From positions 32,001 to 96,000 of IMG/VR virus record IMGVR_UViG_3300002092_001594: a stretch of 64,000 nt of DNA. One strand, 5' to 3'. Of the stretch, positions 1 to 8,844 are shown piece by piece. A program made the position numbers and the translations under genes. Below the pieces are notes generated by a model that worked only from the letters and a program-made list of their open reading frames with translations, was not told where the DNA came from and did no database searches. The stretch's first letter is position 1. The number at the start of each line of letters is the position of its first letter. Source of the DNA: a virus.

Positions 1-38
1 CAATAGATAACACAAATAATGTAATAAGTCAAAAACAT
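1..38 (-). CDS. 5' end of a probable small hydrophobic protein running off the window (MFLTYYIICVIY...)
   Basis: ATG at 38-36 directly follows a TATTTAT motif (46-40); the frame is open to the window edge. Confidence 0.35.
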   Translation of the reverse strand, partial: MFLTYYIICVIY

Positions 39-52
39 AATAAATAATTTTG

Positions 53-137
53 CGGAAAGCCAAGGATTCGAACCTCAGAACCTGTTACAGTTGCCGGTTT
101 TCAAGACCGGTGCATTCAACCACTCTGCCAGCTTTCC
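53..137 (-). tRNA. tRNA-Ser(TGA)
   Basis: Reverse complement GGAAAGCTGGCAGAGTGGTTGAATGCACCGGTCTTGAAAACCGGC...GGTTCGAATCCTTGGCTTTCCG: cloverleaf, long variable arm, anticodon TGA, no encoded CCA. Confidence 0.95.
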
Positions 138-142
138 AATAG

Positions 143-240
143 GATGAGGTTTAGCGGCCAACTAAACAAAGTTACTACTTGCTCTCACCTCGAGTTACAC
201 GTGACAGTTACGGGTGAATAGGGTTTCGTCAACACTCATC
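143..240 (-). ncRNA. putative structured RNA filling the tRNA-Thr/tRNA-Ser spacer
   Basis: Terminal stem GATGAG/CTCATC, internal TTCACC/GGTGAG, hairpin GTTTAG-TTGGCCG-CTAAAC; no ORF. Confidence 0.5.
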
Positions 241-244
241 TTTG

Positions 245-316
245 AGCTCAGTCCCAGACTTGAACTGGGGATACAAGATTACAAATCTAGCGTTATACCA
301 ACTTAACTAACCAAGC
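245..316 (-). tRNA. tRNA-Thr(TGT)
   Basis: GCTTGGTTAGTTAAGTTGGTATAACGCTAGATTTGTAATCTTGTATCCCCAGTTCAAGTCTGGGACTGAGCT: acceptor, D, anticodon (TGT) and T arms present. Confidence 0.88.
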
Positions 317-320
317 ATTA

Positions 321-515
321 CAACTTTTATATTCACCTTCAGAGTTGTCAACTGTGCCTACACCGACGATTAGGAGCTATTAAGCGAGCAGATCTTACGG
401 TATGCCACGGCTGTGTTTCGATCCCGTGTACTTAGGGCTAATTATTTAAAGGACACCTTTATTAGTTATTTAAACGTGAGAGGACGGAATCCGTAGCCCC
501 AGCGTTCCTTAAATA
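321..515 (-). ncRNA. putative structured RNA(s) of unknown family
   Basis: Stems TATTTAAGGA/TCCTTTAAATA (515-443), TGGGGCTA/TAGCCCTA (501-494 with 440-433), CACGG/CCGTG, ATACCG/CGGTGT; more GC-rich than typical intergenic DNA here. Confidence 0.4.
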
Positions 516-522
516 TTTTAGG

Positions 523-651
523 AAAGTAGAAGATGGGTGCGTGGACATCTACTTTTACGATTGGCATTACTTTGGTATCGTTTAACCGCCTCACCCTATA
601 CCGGCCCTTTCTACAGTTAAAAGGTATAGGGTTTCCCAATCAACCTACTTT
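523..651 (-). ncRNA. putative structured RNA immediately 3' of tmRNA
   Basis: Nested stems AAAGTAG/CTACTTT, GATTGG/CCAATC, ACCCTATACC/GGTATAGGGT (10 bp), AGATG/CATCT. Confidence 0.55.
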
Positions 652-652
652 G

Positions 653-1056
653 TGGAGACGCAGGGAATTGAACCCTGGTCTTGCGAAGTAATTATAATAC
701 CAGCGTATCACACGTTTAGATCTACGTTTTAAGCTGATCAGTAGTGAAAGGGCCGTACAGTTAAGTACCAGCTACCACCACTTGGTTTTATGACTACCAA
801 GAAACTCCCAGAAGGAGCAGAGCTATAATACTGAGACTATAGCGGGGTTTGTCACTTCTTTTTAAAGTCCCATGAGTGATACGGGATGTGATTAAGCAGC
901 GTAAGCGTACTCATCAGCACCTACGAAAGACATTAAGTCTTCGAAGGTCATAGTTGACATTTCGTCGTTTGTTGTTTTGCAAGTATTTAAAGACATTCAT
1001 GCTTTGTCTACGTGTGGTACTATCCTTCTCATCGCAATCAATACCAAGTCGTCCCC
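653..1056 (-). ncRNA. ssrA: tmRNA
   Basis: 5' GGGGACG pairs with 3' CGTCTCCA (G3-U70-type alanine identity); T arm CAGGGTTCAATTCCCTG; internal tag ORF 966-892 DEMSTMTFEDLMSFVGADEYAYAA*; about 404 nt. Confidence 0.93.
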
Positions 1057-1075
1057 ATATTTTAAAGAACTGTAT

Positions 1076-1083
1076 TATAAATA
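1076..1083 (-). promoter_or_regulatory. putative phage late promoter (TATTTATA) upstream of the tmRNA/tRNA array
   Basis: Same motif recurs just 5' of about 18 minus-strand starts. Confidence 0.6.
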
Positions 1084-1155
1084 TATAAAAATATATTAAA
1101 AGACCTTTCTAACTACGTAGTCTTTGCAGGCCGGACACCCTGACGTGTTTTTCTC

Positions 1156-1365
1156 TTACTTAGAAGCTGAATCTAATTCTGCTTTTCTCTTTTTGTTTAA
1201 CTCTTTGTAGTAGTTAGTGTCTTGCTTTACTTCTGGAGTAGCTACACTTGTGTCTACTGTAGTAGAATCAGTACTTACTGTAGTTGAATCAGTTTTTACT
1301 TCAGTAGAAGTACCACCACATGCAGTTAAAGCTGCGATAGCAAACATTGCGATTACTTTTTTCAT
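1156..1365 (-). CDS. small lipoprotein
   Basis: MKK + hydrophobic core + LTAC lipobox, followed by a Thr/Asp/Ser-rich stretch. Confidence 0.75.
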   Translation of the reverse strand: MKKVIAMFAIAALTACGGTSTEVKTDSTTVSTDSTTVDTSVATPEVKQDTNYYKELNKKRKAELDSASK

Positions 1366-1383
1366 CTTGTTTTCTTTTTTTGT

Positions 1384-1635
1384 TTATTTAAATTGCGATA
1401 ACACTTGAGTTAGTTGCGGCTTGGACATTACTCCAGAGTTTCTATAAACTACGTTTCCGCCATTCTCTACTATGATAGTAGGAACGCTTGACACGTTATA
1501 TCTCTGTGCCATATCTTTTTGTTGATCTACATCAATATAATTAATACCTACGCCCGTTTCTGCACTTACTGCTTGAACTGTAGGTTTGAACATCTTACAT
1601 GGACCGCACCATGTTGCTGTGAAGTATAATACCAT
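1384..1635 (-). CDS. trxA: thioredoxin
   Basis: FTATWCGPCK active site, IDVD, VPT cis-Pro motif. Confidence 0.93.
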   Translation of the reverse strand: MVLYFTATWCGPCKMFKPTVQAVSAETGVGINYIDVDQQKDMAQRYNVSSVPTIIVENGGNVVYRNSGVMSKPQLTQVLSQFK

Positions 1636-1648
1636 TTTTATCTTTTTA

Positions 1649-1679
1649 TAAATGTATGAACTTATTCTGAATCATCCAA
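1649..1679 (-). promoter_or_regulatory. Bacteroidota-type sigma70 promoter
   Basis: TTG-N20-TACATTTA just upstream of the thioredoxin start. Confidence 0.65.
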
Positions 1680-1997
1680 CTTTACTGAATGTTTTTCTTG
1701 AACTCCTGTAATTGCAGTAAATACCGGTTCTACCTTGTATACAGAGTTTACTGTATAGGCTAAGTCGTGACCTTCTTTCTCTTCTAGTATTAAAACTTGA
1801 GAGGTATTAAAAAATCTATCTCCTTCAATAATAAGGAAGCATTGATGTTCATTAGACTTTTCTAAGTTAATCCTTCCTTCTTTCACATACCCTACATCAA
1901 TACCGTTTGGATGCTTACCGTTAAATCTGGTATCTGTTATCTTACTTAGACGTATTACCGTATCTTTATACTTTTTAAAATCTATTAATTCGCTCAT
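1662..1997 (-). CDS. hypothetical protein
   Basis: 111-aa ORF tightly packed in the operon. Confidence 0.7.
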   Translation of the reverse strand: MSELIDFKKYKDTVIRLSKITDTRFNGKHPNGIDVGYVKEGRINLEKSNEHQCFLIIEGDRFFNTSQVLILEEKEGHDLAYTVNSVYKVEPVFTAITGVQEKHSVKLDDSE

Positions 1998-1998
1998 A

Positions 1999-2436
1999 TT
2001 ACTTTATTTTAAATTTAATATTTTTCTTTCCTAACTTAATTGACTCTATAATCAAGTCCTCGTAATCTTTTCCAAAGAACATTTTTAAGTTCATTCCTCT
2101 AGAAAGATAAGGACCTCCTGAAGGATCTACCATATCGATAGTATCTTTGTCTGAATAAATATACTTTCCGAATAGTGTATAAAGAGCATTATACCCGTAA
2201 CTTTCTTCGTCCTTTCTAACATATAATGCTTTCTCAAATTCTTCCTGTGTCATTATTTGATTACCTTCTAGCTTGGCATCCACAACTGCACTCTCAACAT
2301 ACTTTTCATAAGCTGTATCGTATACATTAGGCCAGCTATACCTATAGTAAGGGCTATAGCCAGACATAGTTACAGTTTTTCCCTTATGATCAAAGGTAAT
2401 TTTATCTTTGTAGCGATTATAGTAGATTGCTTTCAT
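1999..2436 (-). CDS. hypothetical phage protein
   Basis: 145-aa ORF with own promoter; IDMVDPSGGPY motif. Confidence 0.75.
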   Translation of the reverse strand: MKAIYYNRYKDKITFDHKGKTVTMSGYSPYYRYSWPNVYDTAYEKYVESAVVDAKLEGNQIMTQEEFEKALYVRKDEESYGYNALYTLFGKYIYSDKDTIDMVDPSGGPYLSRGMNLKMFFGKDYEDLIIESIKLGKKNIKFKIK

Positions 2437-2440
2437 ATAG

Positions 2441-2471
2441 TAAAGGTAAGGAGACTTATTCAGACTATCAA
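2441..2471 (-). promoter_or_regulatory. Bacteroidota-type sigma70 promoter
   Basis: TTG-N20-TACCTTTA. Confidence 0.7.
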
Positions 2472-2475
2472 CTTT

Positions 2476-3804
2476 TTATATGTTTATTTTTGAACCTAAA
2501 GCAAATACAGACATCATTGGAGTACTTGGATTAGTACTTATATTAACTTTAAAATTAATATTTAACTTAAACCTTTTAGAAAATCTAATATCTGTTCCGG
2601 CACCTGTAAAAAAGGAAACGTTAGCGTCGTAGGTTGCTTTCTTATCTTTCTGTCCAAACATTACAGGAGAGGAAATTACATAGATTTCTGGAGAGATTGT
2701 TTGCTTTTTACTAATCTGGAAAGGTCTGGTATAAAAGGTTATGATAGATGGTGATAGCATAACTTGATTACCTGTTAAGATAAGGGAATTTCCACTTAAA
2801 GCAAGTCCTGCAACAGCTCCTTTATCTAGAGGCTTGACAAAGCTCCATCCGTAGAAAATAAACTTATTGTTCCAGTCCGTTACATAGGTTATGCTAGTGG
2901 AAGTTACTCCATATACTTTTCCATTCTTCATTATAATATCAGAAGTACTTCCTCCGATTACTATTTGTTTTAAATCTAACCTAATTGAAGTACTTAATCC
3001 GTAGCTAAACATTCCTTCGTTTAAAGTCTTAGACATATTAACATTGAAAGTAGGTACTATAGTCGTACCCATTTGCATTACGGATAGATCTGCCTTAACT
3101 ACAGGAGGGTTAGCTTTTCGCTCTTCTTGTTTCTTTTTCTTCTCTTCTTTTTGCTTTTTCTTCTCTTCAGATTTTTTTTCTGATTTAGATTCTGATTTAC
3201 TTTCAGAAGAGCTGCTTTTACTCTCAGAAGAACTACTACTCGACCCTCCTTCTGATTTGCTTTGCCCTCCTTCGCTGCTTCCCGATGAGGAACTGGACGA
3301 AGACGATTCCCCAGAAGAGGATGACGATTGGGATTGTGAGGATGATCCCGACGAAGTTGATGGAGAGGAGGAAGATGCTGCTGAACTCGAAGCACTTGAT
3401 GCGGCGGAAGAAGCAGCGGAAGAAGCACTTGAACTTGCTGAAGAGGAAGCTGAGCTTGCTGCAGCGGAAGCGGCGGCTGAAGCGGCTTGTGAGGCTGCAT
3501 TGGATGCAGCTTGAGCGGCTTGTTGTGCTACCGTTGCTGTTATGGCTACTGGACATGGCGTTGAAAAGATTTCATTAACCCATTTAGTTACAGTTCCAGA
3601 AGCGAAGTCGGCGTATGTGAAAAGTCTAGATTTACTTCTAATAAGTACTAGTACTCCAGGTTGATTAGATGAGATAGGAACTACTACTGTGTAAACTTTG
3701 TTATCACAGGGGTCAATGTAGGTTTGAACAATATTCTGACTGTTAGCTTTAAAAGCTATTAAAAACAAAACTGATATTAGGGTACTTAATATCCATTTTT
3801 TCAT
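2476..3804 (-). CDS. exported Ala/Ser-rich protein with probable C-terminal outer-membrane beta-barrel
   Basis: Signal peptide; low-complexity A/S then E/K linker; C-terminal half has alternating hydrophobic beta-strand pattern. Confidence 0.65.
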   Translation of the reverse strand: MKKWILSTLISVLFLIAFKANSQNIVQTYIDPCDNKVYTVVVPISSNQPGVLVLIRSKSRLFTYADFASGTVTKWVNEIFSTPCPVAITATVAQQAAQAASNAASQAASAAASAAASSASSSASSSASSAASSAASSASSSAASSSSPSTSSGSSSQSQSSSSSGESSSSSSSSGSSEGGQSKSEGGSSSSSSESKSSSSESKSESKSEKKSEEKKKQKEEKKKKQEERKANPPVVKADLSVMQMGTTIVPTFNVNMSKTLNEGMFSYGLSTSIRLDLKQIVIGGSTSDIIMKNGKVYGVTSTSITYVTDWNNKFIFYGWSFVKPLDKGAVAGLALSGNSLILTGNQVMLSPSIITFYTRPFQISKKQTISPEIYVISSPVMFGQKDKKATYDANVSFFTGAGTDIRFSKRFKLNINFKVNISTNPSTPMMSVFALGSKINI

Positions 3805-3806
3805 TA

Positions 3807-4220
3807 TTAATGTCTACTTCTATAAGAAGGACTTGGTGTATAATGGTACTTAGGTCGAGTAGGAGTTACGATTTGTTGTCTATAAACCGGGACTTGAATA
3901 ACTAAAGGGTAGCTGTATCCGTTATAAAAGTTATATCTGTTGTAAAACCACAAATCAGATGTTAAATTAATACTTGTATGCGGTATTACTGTAGGTGAGT
4001 TATCGTAGTACTTGTTTATAGTGCGTATTTGTTTACCTGTACTGTCTGTAGTTGTTGTTTCTACAATTTTGTAAGGAGCTTCACACGCAAATAAAAACAC
4101 TAGTATAAGTAATGCTGCTAATTTCTTTAATATTAATAAATTACTTTTCACTAAATTTAATTTCTTAACTCCAGATCTTCTAGATCTCATTGGACGTTTT
4201 TTTGGTGCTGCTGTTCCCAT
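3807..4220 (-). CDS. putative lipoprotein with long basic N-region
   Basis: Hydrophobic stretch ending in LFAC lipobox; Tyr/Pro-rich C-terminus. Confidence 0.6.
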   Translation of the reverse strand: MGTAAPKKRPMRSRRSGVKKLNLVKSNLLILKKLAALLILVFLFACEAPYKIVETTTTDSTGKQIRTINKYYDNSPTVIPHTSINLTSDLWFYNRYNFYNGYSYPLVIQVPVYRQQIVTPTRPKYHYTPSPSYRSRH

Positions 4221-4227
4221 AGTTTAA

Positions 4228-4953
4228 TTATTTAGTAAATATTTTTTTATCAACCATTCTTTTTAGTATTCTCGCACAAGCAATATCTAAAGCTTTCTTA
4301 GTTGCTATTGATACTGTTGATTGATTAAATTTAACTGGATCTACCGTAGCATCTGAAAGGAAAGTTAATTCTCTAGTTGTCTTAGCTTCACCAAGTCCTG
4401 ATGCTGCTATAATTTCTCCTGTCTCTGCATTTGTAAATCTAACTTGAAGACCTAAGCGAGTTACCATCTGATTCTTAACTCCATTAGATAAATTTATTTC
4501 TTCGTCATCTGATACAGACCAATCATAAACTTCAATCTCTACAAAGTAATGTGCAAGTCTAATCTTACCTCTACCATCTAGTTTGTCTTGCGAGATTCCC
4601 GCTTGTGAGGCTTGGAACTGCTTAACCATTCTGTTTTTAATCTCTGTCTTATCCTCTGTAAACGTAAAGCGGTTAAGATTTTCAAGATATTCCAACGAGA
4701 TGTTAGCTACACCTAAACCTACTCTCTTTTCTTTGAGTTCTGGATATTGTTCGTAGACTTCATCTCCAATACCACATTTAAGAATTTGTATTGGTATTGT
4801 TGGCCCTTCATAATTTAAAAATTGACTAATATCGATTTTAGTTTCAAAGCTTGCTCGAAATTGTTCTGTCTTTGTTGACCCTATAGTCTGAGCAATTACA
4901 GCACTGCTTATTAAAAAGCAACCTAATAATATAAATAACTTTTTCATACACAT
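4228..4953 (-). CDS. CsgG/HfaB-like exported protein
   Basis: Signal peptide; GLGVANI...NRFTFTE, LQVRFTNAETGEII and ATKKALD segments resemble the CsgG/TolB-N fold. Confidence 0.65.
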   Translation of the reverse strand: MCMKKLFILLGCFLISSAVIAQTIGSTKTEQFRASFETKIDISQFLNYEGPTIPIQILKCGIGDEVYEQYPELKEKRVGLGVANISLEYLENLNRFTFTEDKTEIKNRMVKQFQASQAGISQDKLDGRGKIRLAHYFVEIEVYDWSVSDDEEINLSNGVKNQMVTRLGLQVRFTNAETGEIIAASGLGEAKTTRELTFLSDATVDPVKFNQSTVSIATKKALDIACARILKRMVDKKIFTK

Positions 4954-5168
4954 TACTTCTTTTCTGGTTTTTTATACCAAATATTGTCTGGAGAGTTTTT
5001 AAATGTTCCGTCTACTTTCCACATTATTTCATTACCTACTTTTGTATTTAGCTCTGGATTACAAAAGTGAGTTACAATCATAAAAACTTCAAAACTTAGA
5101 GCTAGTATCGTCCATGCAAAAAGTAATTGAGCAAGTCTTAATACTATGGTTTCGCTTATCTTTTTCAT
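4953..5168 (-). CDS. small membrane protein
   Basis: One TM segment; stop/start overlap with neighbour. Confidence 0.65.
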   Translation of the reverse strand: MKKISETIVLRLAQLLFAWTILALSFEVFMIVTHFCNPELNTKVGNEIMWKVDGTFKNSPDNIWYKKPEKK

Positions 5169-5171
5169 ATA

Positions 5172-6089
5172 CTATATTTTTATATTTCCTTTATTTTCAA
5201 TTTTAATTTTAATTTTAGGTTCGTACCCTTTAGGAAGTAGATTCTCTACTGTTTCTAACTTACCGTGCTTGTTATCCATACGTACTGTTACAGTCTTAGT
5301 ATCGCAGTTCATCATAATTTGACCTACTGTTTGCATATGAAACTTATTATCAATCCTATATGGATTTAAAAAAGGATTATCTTTGTATTTTTTCTTCATT
5401 AGATCTAACACATCTTGATCTGTCTTAGCATGTTGAAGATGATTTTTAGCAAGATCCATTCTACTGTGAGAAGATTGCTCTTTAGGACCGCTTTGATATC
5501 CTAAATGCTTATGGTAGATACCGTGGTTAGTTCTAACTATTACCTTCTTATCGTTTTTTAACTTTCTAATAACAGGAACATCCACGCTTGAATGCTCTAC
5601 AACATAAATACTCTTACCATCACTAACAATAGACTCACCTGAAACTCCTTTAAACTCAGAACTACCATCGCCTCTTGTACTTATTAGTACCTTGATAGCA
5701 TCTCTAATATTTTTCTGAGTTAGTACTTGTCTAATTTTAGCGCCGTCGGTTGCATGTTGAGGATTTTTACTCTTATCTTTATTGTCAGCCTTTTCTTCTC
5801 TTTTCTTTTCTACCTTATCGGTTTCTTTTTCATCATCCCCTACCATTAAAGAAGAGTTAACAATACCAATACCGAATTCATTCATACCTTCAGACCAGTC
5901 AGTATCAATATCATGCCAATAGACCATTTCTACGTTGTCTACTACTTCATGTACAATTTCCATTTTGGCATCATAACCTCTATCTCTGTTTTTAGCCAAA
6001 ACAATGCCATCACCAAGTCTTACACCAGCAACAACACATTCTAATAACCGTTCCTTTTTTATTTCTTTAAGGATTTCTATTAATTTCAT
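5172..6089 (-). CDS. Ntn-hydrolase (C45/choloylglycine hydrolase-like) with N-terminal propeptide
   Basis: Cys18 then VVAG...LAKNRD, SEGMNEFGIGIVN, VRTNH, SSHSR motifs. Confidence 0.75.
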   Translation of the reverse strand: MKLIEILKEIKKERLLECVVAGVRLGDGIVLAKNRDRGYDAKMEIVHEVVDNVEMVYWHDIDTDWSEGMNEFGIGIVNSSLMVGDDEKETDKVEKKREEKADNKDKSKNPQHATDGAKIRQVLTQKNIRDAIKVLISTRGDGSSEFKGVSGESIVSDGKSIYVVEHSSVDVPVIRKLKNDKKVIVRTNHGIYHKHLGYQSGPKEQSSHSRMDLAKNHLQHAKTDQDVLDLMKKKYKDNPFLNPYRIDNKFHMQTVGQIMMNCDTKTVTVRMDNKHGKLETVENLLPKGYEPKIKIKIENKGNIKI

Positions 6090-6355
6090 TATTCTTCAGT
6101 TTTAGCTTCATCAGCTGGTGAATCTTTTTTCTTGGCTGTAAATTTATCTAAGGTATCAGCACCCATTCCAATTGCTGTGATTACCATTACTGCATTTACT
6201 AATTCAGCAGCCGGTTTGAAATGTTCATCTGTGAAAGAGTTTGCTAGCATAGTTCCACAAAGGAATAATGCACCAAAAAATGCGATTACAGGTTTAACTG
6301 AAATAGTACCTCTTTCGTCTTTAAAAAGATCAATTACCCATTCTTTAAAAGTCAT
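6089..6355 (-). CDS. two-TM membrane protein (holin-like)
   Basis: Two hydrophobic helices, charged C-terminal tail. Confidence 0.6.
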   Translation of the reverse strand: MTFKEWVIDLFKDERGTISVKPVIAFFGALFLCGTMLANSFTDEHFKPAAELVNAVMVITAIGMGADTLDKFTAKKKDSPADEAKTEE

Positions 6356-6380
6356 AGTTGTAAATTTTACTTATTATAAA

Positions 6381-6728
6381 TTACCATTTAGGAGCTTCTT
6401 CTTTAAATTCGTCTCCGTCTTTCTTTTTAGTTTTTGGTTGTGGTTTATTTATTTGCTTTGCTTCATTACTCTTCTCCTTAACTATTACTGTTTTAGTAGA
6501 AGTAGTTTGTTGACCCGGAACAGTAATGTTAATACTTTGCGGTTGTACTTGTTTATCGCTTTCTTTTGGTTTTTGTAAATAAGACATTAAAAATGTACCG
6601 CCTCCAACTACTAGAGTAGATACAGTACCTATAAGGGTCTTTTTTAAACCAGTCATAGTACCGTCATTATACTTTTCATTCTTAGCCATCGATGACTCCT
6701 CTACTGCCTTCTTTGTTACTTTTGCCAT
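6381..6728 (-). CDS. single-pass membrane protein
   Basis: TM segment LIGTVSTLVVGGGTFLM; Lys/Gln/Pro-rich tail. Confidence 0.65.
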   Translation of the reverse strand: MAKVTKKAVEESSMAKNEKYNDGTMTGLKKTLIGTVSTLVVGGGTFLMSYLQKPKESDKQVQPQSINITVPGQQTTSTKTVIVKEKSNEAKQINKPQPKTKKKDGDEFKEEAPKW

Positions 6729-6734
6729 ATTAAA

Positions 6735-7085
6735 TTATTTTATAATAACGGGACGTTTAGTTTCATTACCGTTTATATCTATAAATATCAAGTTATAGTC
6801 GCTTTTTGGTATTTTAGATAAATTATATACTTTTGTTACAGAATTAGAGTTAGCTGTAAATCCTTCTGTTATTACCGGGGTAAATGAACTGAATGGAGTA
6901 ATCTGCACTGAGTATTTAGCTCCTTGAGTAACAGCAAATTCCACAGTAATTATGTTATTTTCCTGTGTTAAGCTGCTTATAGCTGTTGAAGTTGATTTTA
7001 CACCTAAGTCAATCACCGGTAAGGTAGTTACTGTTTTAGTGCATGCTGCTAAGAATATAACCGTTGTTAGTATTAGTTTTTTCAT
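6735..7085 (-). CDS. lipoprotein, beta-sandwich-like
   Basis: MKKLILTTVIFLAAC lipobox. Confidence 0.75.
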   Translation of the reverse strand: MKKLILTTVIFLAACTKTVTTLPVIDLGVKSTSTAISSLTQENNIITVEFAVTQGAKYSVQITPFSSFTPVITEGFTANSNSVTKVYNLSKIPKSDYNLIFIDINGNETKRPVIIK

Positions 7086-7086
7086 A

Positions 7087-8841
7087 TTAGAAATTATTAT
7101 ACCCTGTTAATTTGATTGATATTGTATTTAAGTTAATTCCTAGTTGATTACCTTTATTATCAGAAGCATCCATTGTGGATCCTACTTTAATTGCAGTAGT
7201 TAGGTTAACTCCATCTCCTATAGAAGAAAACTTAAGTGTAAAAGGAGTTTGTGCTCCTGTAATAGGCGCTTTCAGGTCTCTGTTAACAGCTCCAAATTTA
7301 ATTCTACCAGATTTAGAATTAGCAAATGTAAACCAAGTATTAGGTAAGTTAGAGGCTAGGCTTTCAAATTTAATTTTTGTAGTATCGTAATAGAACTCAA
7401 ATTGCAAAGCTCCTACGTTGTTAACTGTATTAATATTAACTGGTACTTCTATTGTATTAGTTGTTACAGTTACATTACTTAAATTAACGTCTACAGGAGC
7501 TTTATTAACATTAGGAGTATTTACGTATTCAACTGCGAATGATTGTATTGTTCCATCAGAAGCAACTACTTGTGAACTGTGTGATCTGTTTATGTCTCCG
7601 GGAATAACATACTTTAAGTTTAGTGGTAAGTTTGATCCTATTTTACCTGTCTTAAAATACACGTATCCGGTTTTAATACTAGGCCAATCAGCTATACTTA
7701 AATTATTAAATAAAGAATCTGTAAATGTAGGAACATCTAAGTATATGTCCGTGCCTGGTCTATATGTAGCAGGAAGTGTGTATAGTGAATCTACTCCTAC
7801 TGATTGAGCAAAGATTCTAGTAACATCTCCGCCATCAAATACATAATTTTTATTTACATCAGCAGATAAATAGCCAATACCAGTCTTGATATTAGATCCA
7901 GTAAATGTACCGTCTAAGTTTTGATTAGTAAATTCAGTTTGTGCTGCAGTAAAATCACTTACAGTCACAGCAGCATTCATAATATCTTTTACTACATCAG
8001 CACTTACTCTAACACTCACCTGGTATACCGTATTAGCTTTAAATCGAGTTTGATCTATTGCAAGACTCCCGTCGTCATTAGCATCTACTAAGTACGTTGT
8101 TTTAGCAACTGTATCTGTAAATGCTATTCTTGTAAGGGTAAATTGAGATAAAGCTCCATTAGTTTCTACATGCCCTTTAATATAAGATTCAGAATTAGGA
8201 TCTAAGTACACCGGAATGCTTAGCGGAGTTTCCTGTATTGTAGCTCCCTCTGTACCGTTACTATTAAATGCAGCAGCAAAGTTCATTCTAATAGGATCAA
8301 ATGTAAGACCTACTGCATTAGCGTTTAATTTAAATGTTAATTTTTCTAATCCCCAGTAACTGCTGTAAGGCATTGCTGCAGTAGTAGCCCAGTTTAAGCT
8401 GTGTCTAATAATAGTGTGATTACCGCCGTTTGTATAGGTGTAGTTACAGTTACTATAATCTATATTACCGTTACTAGTTGTGTTAGCTGAAGTCTGAGCA
8501 AATCTATAACCCGGATATAGGTAGTAGCTTTCTGAAATTTGAGAACCTGCAGGAAGTACTCCTCCGTTACCTGCAGTACCGCTATTACTAATACTTAATA
8601 ATGTTAAAGCTGTATTCTGATACTCAAAATCAAAATACAACTGTCTTGCAGTACTATTACCGTTACCGTTAGCTGCTACGTAGATTACTAATGTATCACC
8701 TTTTTTAAGCGTATTACCGTAAGCATTAAGCTTAACAGTATCGCCTGTAGCATTAGGTTGAGTACTCAGTTTTAACTTAATGTTTTGTCCAAATGTTGTT
8801 AATCCTACGAAAAGCAGGATACTAGTTAATAAATGTTTCAT
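7087..8841 (-). CDS. large exported protein with dockerin-like motif and C-terminal cohesin-like domain
   Basis: Signal peptide; ADVNKNYVFDGGDV Ca-loop-like motif; C-terminal VPVNI...GALQFEFYYDTTKIKF pattern. Confidence 0.6.
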   Translation of the reverse strand: MKHLLTSILLFVGLTTFGQNIKLKLSTQPNATGDTVKLNAYGNTLKKGDTLVIYVAANGNGNSTARQLYFDFEYQNTALTLLSISNSGTAGNGGVLPAGSQISESYYLYPGYRFAQTSANTTSNGNIDYSNCNYTYTNGGNHTIIRHSLNWATTAAMPYSSYWGLEKLTFKLNANAVGLTFDPIRMNFAAAFNSNGTEGATIQETPLSIPVYLDPNSESYIKGHVETNGALSQFTLTRIAFTDTVAKTTYLVDANDDGSLAIDQTRFKANTVYQVSVRVSADVVKDIMNAAVTVSDFTAAQTEFTNQNLDGTFTGSNIKTGIGYLSADVNKNYVFDGGDVTRIFAQSVGVDSLYTLPATYRPGTDIYLDVPTFTDSLFNNLSIADWPSIKTGYVYFKTGKIGSNLPLNLKYVIPGDINRSHSSQVVASDGTIQSFAVEYVNTPNVNKAPVDVNLSNVTVTTNTIEVPVNINTVNNVGALQFEFYYDTTKIKFESLASNLPNTWFTFANSKSGRIKFGAVNRDLKAPITGAQTPFTLKFSSIGDGVNLTTAIKVGSTMDASDNKGNQLGINLNTISIKLTGYNNF

Positions 8842-8844
8842 AAT

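Noticed and set aside
431-515. Pistol ribozyme (GCCCTAAG and TTAAATA resemble its consensus)
   Set aside because: P1 geometry and the conserved GCG/P3 elements do not line up; kept only as an unknown structured RNA
905-920. Hammerhead core CTGATGAG
   Set aside because: It is part of the tmRNA tag codons (GCT GAT GAG), with no matching GAAA and stems
3120-3530. Tandem DNA repeat or mobile element in the GC-richer stretch
   Set aside because: Explained by Ala/Ser/Glu/Lys low-complexity codons in the 442-aa protein
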